57,887 bases of DNA from a virus (lineage: Duplodnaviria; Caudoviricetes): the IMG/VR virus record IMGVR_UViG_3300030118_006581, positions 1 to 57,887 of that record. One strand, written 5' to 3'. The translations under genes and the position numbers were made by a program. The notes below the pieces were generated by a model. It searched no databases. It had not been told where the DNA came from and was given only the letters and a program-made list of their open reading frames with translations. Below, in pieces: positions 55,683 to 57,887 of the stretch. The first letter of the stretch is position 1, and every line of letters starts with the position of its first letter.

Positions 55683-57767
55683 TTAAGCAGCGTCAGCACC
55701 GTCAGCAGCAGCAGATGTTCCACCAGACTCAGAAGGCAGAGCCATTCCTGTCTTCAACTGTAACATTCCACCTTGTACAACAACCTGGAATCTTGCTGTG
55801 CTTCCGCTAGAGTCTGTACCTTGAAGGAAAAGACCAGTGGCGGCTGTGCCGTTTGCATCAAACACTATATTTTCGCCAGCGGCGGTACGGTGAATAGAAG
55901 CTGCAAGCTTGTCACTAGTGACAGATGCGTTAAGAATCTTAGCACTATTGACTGCATCGGCTTGGAGTTCGGCTGTACCTACACCCAAAGCAACGATTTC
56001 AGTTTTTCCGACTCGGCTAGCAGCGATAGAAAGAGCACCGCTTGAAACACTGAAGTCAGCACCAGAACCAACGAAATCACCAATGCGCTCGACCGTGGCT
56101 TTCTTGTTGGTACCACCGTCACCATCATCGACAGCGAAGGTATCAGCGGCAACAAGGGCTGCGCCGATTTCATCCATTCCGTCGATATCAAGAGCAAGGT
56201 CACTCACAGCAGCAGAGCCGTTGTAAGATGACACAGCGACACCACCCTTAGAGGCAGCAGTCAACGTATTAAGGGCTGAGCCTAGAGCAACACCAGAGAT
56301 GGTGCTGTTTGCCAACTTATTGTTAGCAATCGAACCAGCCAACATAGCGTTGGTGATACCAGAAGCCTTAACACGCAATGTGTCGCTGTTGGTTTCAATA
56401 GAGCTATCGTCAACGTTGACAGCAAGAGAACCAGCAGACAAAGCGAGACCATCGCCAGCAACACTAGCAGACAATTCTAACTTACCTGTTCCACCAGAAA
56501 GATCAAACTGGAACGATTGATGACTAGCAGACAAGCTGATAACATCGGAATTTAGAGCCGATGAATCAATACCTTGTCCTGCTGTAAAGTCGCCTTCACT
56601 CTGCAAAAAGTTGAGTGCTGCAATAATAGAACCTGACGAGTTAACGAAACTCGAATGAAGTGCTCGACCAGCGACTCTATCGGCAGAAACTGCTGTAAGA
56701 CCTTCAACTGGAATTGCCTGGAATTGACCAGCGCTAGAACCTGAAACGAAGCCACCAAGGACTCCGGCATGTAACTGATAAGGGATAGCATCGCTACCTG
56801 ATAACATTGTACCAGCCATACTATTTCCTCCACCTAAAGTTATTTGGACCGAACTAGAGTCCACCGCTGAATTATCATTGGTAGCTCTAATTTTATATGA
56901 AACTGTTTCTGTGATCGTAACTGATTTGGAACTTAATCCTAAAACGTCTTCAGTACTATTAAGTAGTCCTCCGACATACTTAAGTAACTCTAATTTTGTT
57001 TCTCCTGAAACACTCCAAGAAAGTGTCACAGTATCTCCACTATTTTCTACCGAATTAGCGGAAGAAGAGAAAGAACTTATTGATGGATTTCCACTATGAA
57101 AAGTAACAGGTTCAGGAGTACTAGGATCAAAATCAGCTTGTGAGAATGATACTGCCTCCTCAGTCCAGAAAAAATCCTGAATATATCCTTTTACCCCAGT
57201 AGCTGCTGCATTAATATCAGCACCTAATGTTGGACTAGATGAATTATCAATTTCATATGATACAGTTGAAGATCCCTGCTCAGTGCCATTAATATATAAT
57301 TTTGTTGTTCCAGAATTACGCTGGACCATAATGTGCCACCATTGATTAGCAGCACCGGCACCAAGGTAATAATTGATAATCAAATCATGATTAGCATCAC
57401 CTGGAACTTCATCATCGTTTTCAACATAAACCCCGATCGATCCGTTATGATTATAAATACGGAAAGGGTTACCTCCTGAATCAGGACCTGTAGCAAATAG
57501 CCTATCGTATGATGTAAGCTGAGTGGGGTGAAACCAGAAACCAACTGTGTAGTCTCCAGTTCCTACATCAAAAACACTAGGGGTATTGAATGTAATACTA
57601 TCACTAAAATTAGCCATGAACATTGCTTGCTGCCCAAACAATTTTTGAGCAGTAGCCATTGCCACACCATTATTTTGAGTGATAGCTGTGTTACCTAGAG
57701 CGTCGGTAAAATTTCCATCATAAGCTTTAAAATGTACTTTTGCATTAGTTGGCGAAAATACAGCCAT
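55683..57767 (-). CDS. Virion fibre/decoration protein: LamG + Ig-like domain + fibre-shaft repeats (694 aa)
   Basis: LamG (DYTVGFWF, WWHIMVQR, LYING, GYIQD); Ig-like GDTVTLSWSV...YKIRATN; shaft repeats ITNAMLAGSIANNKLANS, AVNSAKI, SVTSDKLA; AGGAGG RBS. Confidence 0.8.
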   Translation of the reverse strand: MAVFSPTNAKVHFKAYDGNFTDALGNTAITQNNGVAMATAQKLFGQQAMFMANFSDSITFNTPSVFDVGTGDYTVGFWFHPTQLTSYDRLFATGPDSGGNPFRIYNHNGSIGVYVENDDEVPGDANHDLIINYYLGAGAANQWWHIMVQRNSGTTKLYINGTEQGSSTVSYEIDNSSSPTLGADINAAATGVKGYIQDFFWTEEAVSFSQADFDPSTPEPVTFHSGNPSISSFSSSANSVENSGDTVTLSWSVSGETKLELLKYVGGLLNSTEDVLGLSSKSVTITETVSYKIRATNDNSAVDSSSVQITLGGGNSMAGTMLSGSDAIPYQLHAGVLGGFVSGSSAGQFQAIPVEGLTAVSADRVAGRALHSSFVNSSGSIIAALNFLQSEGDFTAGQGIDSSALNSDVISLSASHQSFQFDLSGGTGKLELSASVAGDGLALSAGSLAVNVDDSSIETNSDTLRVKASGITNAMLAGSIANNKLANSTISGVALGSALNTLTAASKGGVAVSSYNGSAAVSDLALDIDGMDEIGAALVAADTFAVDDGDGGTNKKATVERIGDFVGSGADFSVSSGALSIAASRVGKTEIVALGVGTAELQADAVNSAKILNASVTSDKLAASIHRTAAGENIVFDANGTAATGLFLQGTDSSGSTARFQVVVQGGMLQLKTGMALPSESGGTSAAADGADAA

Positions 57768-57887
57768 ACTTATTCCTCCTAGGAAAAGAGAAATATAACT
57801 CTAGTGATAACTTTTTGGAAAACTAATTAAAAACTATTTTTCACAGAAACAGCTTATAATGATCTCAAGCTGTTAGTATCGCCCGAG

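Overview
AT-rich (roughly one-third G+C by eye) fragment of a large, T4-like contractile-tailed bacteriophage, almost all on the minus strand, standard genetic code. Left to right: (1) 1-25 kb, virion/baseplate genes (giant structural proteins, a LamG protein, T4 gp6-like and gp25-like wedge subunits, a probable split tail spike with an M23 peptidase). (2) 25-45.5 kb, a near-gapless run of about 26 genes: PIN-PhoH, a zincin, a PD-(D/E)XK nuclease, a 19-gene sugar-nucleotide/glycosyltransferase cluster, and a gp55-like sigma factor at its end. The cluster has a CMP-ulosonate synthetase, a GT29 sialyltransferase-like domain, a Maf/DUF115 protein and an HpcH aldolase, but no NeuB/KdsA. (3) A complete tmRNA (tag ANDDFQLAQAA) with a sigma70 promoter and a UUCG terminator. 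(4) 46-58 kb: a 1129-aa ligase-like / nuclease-like / HxGH-nucleotidyltransferase fusion, a histone-like peptide, a lipoprotein island with myxobacterial-type Cys repeats plus vWA, a J-domain protein and a LamG fibre gene with a nested second start. Best candidates for new biology: a NeuB-independent ulosonic-acid virion-glycosylation system with a candidate [ST]-[GAS]-S acceptor motif; a TANTTA-N4-ATG leaderless late-promoter architecture; and a polyprotein punctuated by duplicated ESL-x6-ITEKE motifs. All family assignments come from motif recognition by eye; no searches were run.
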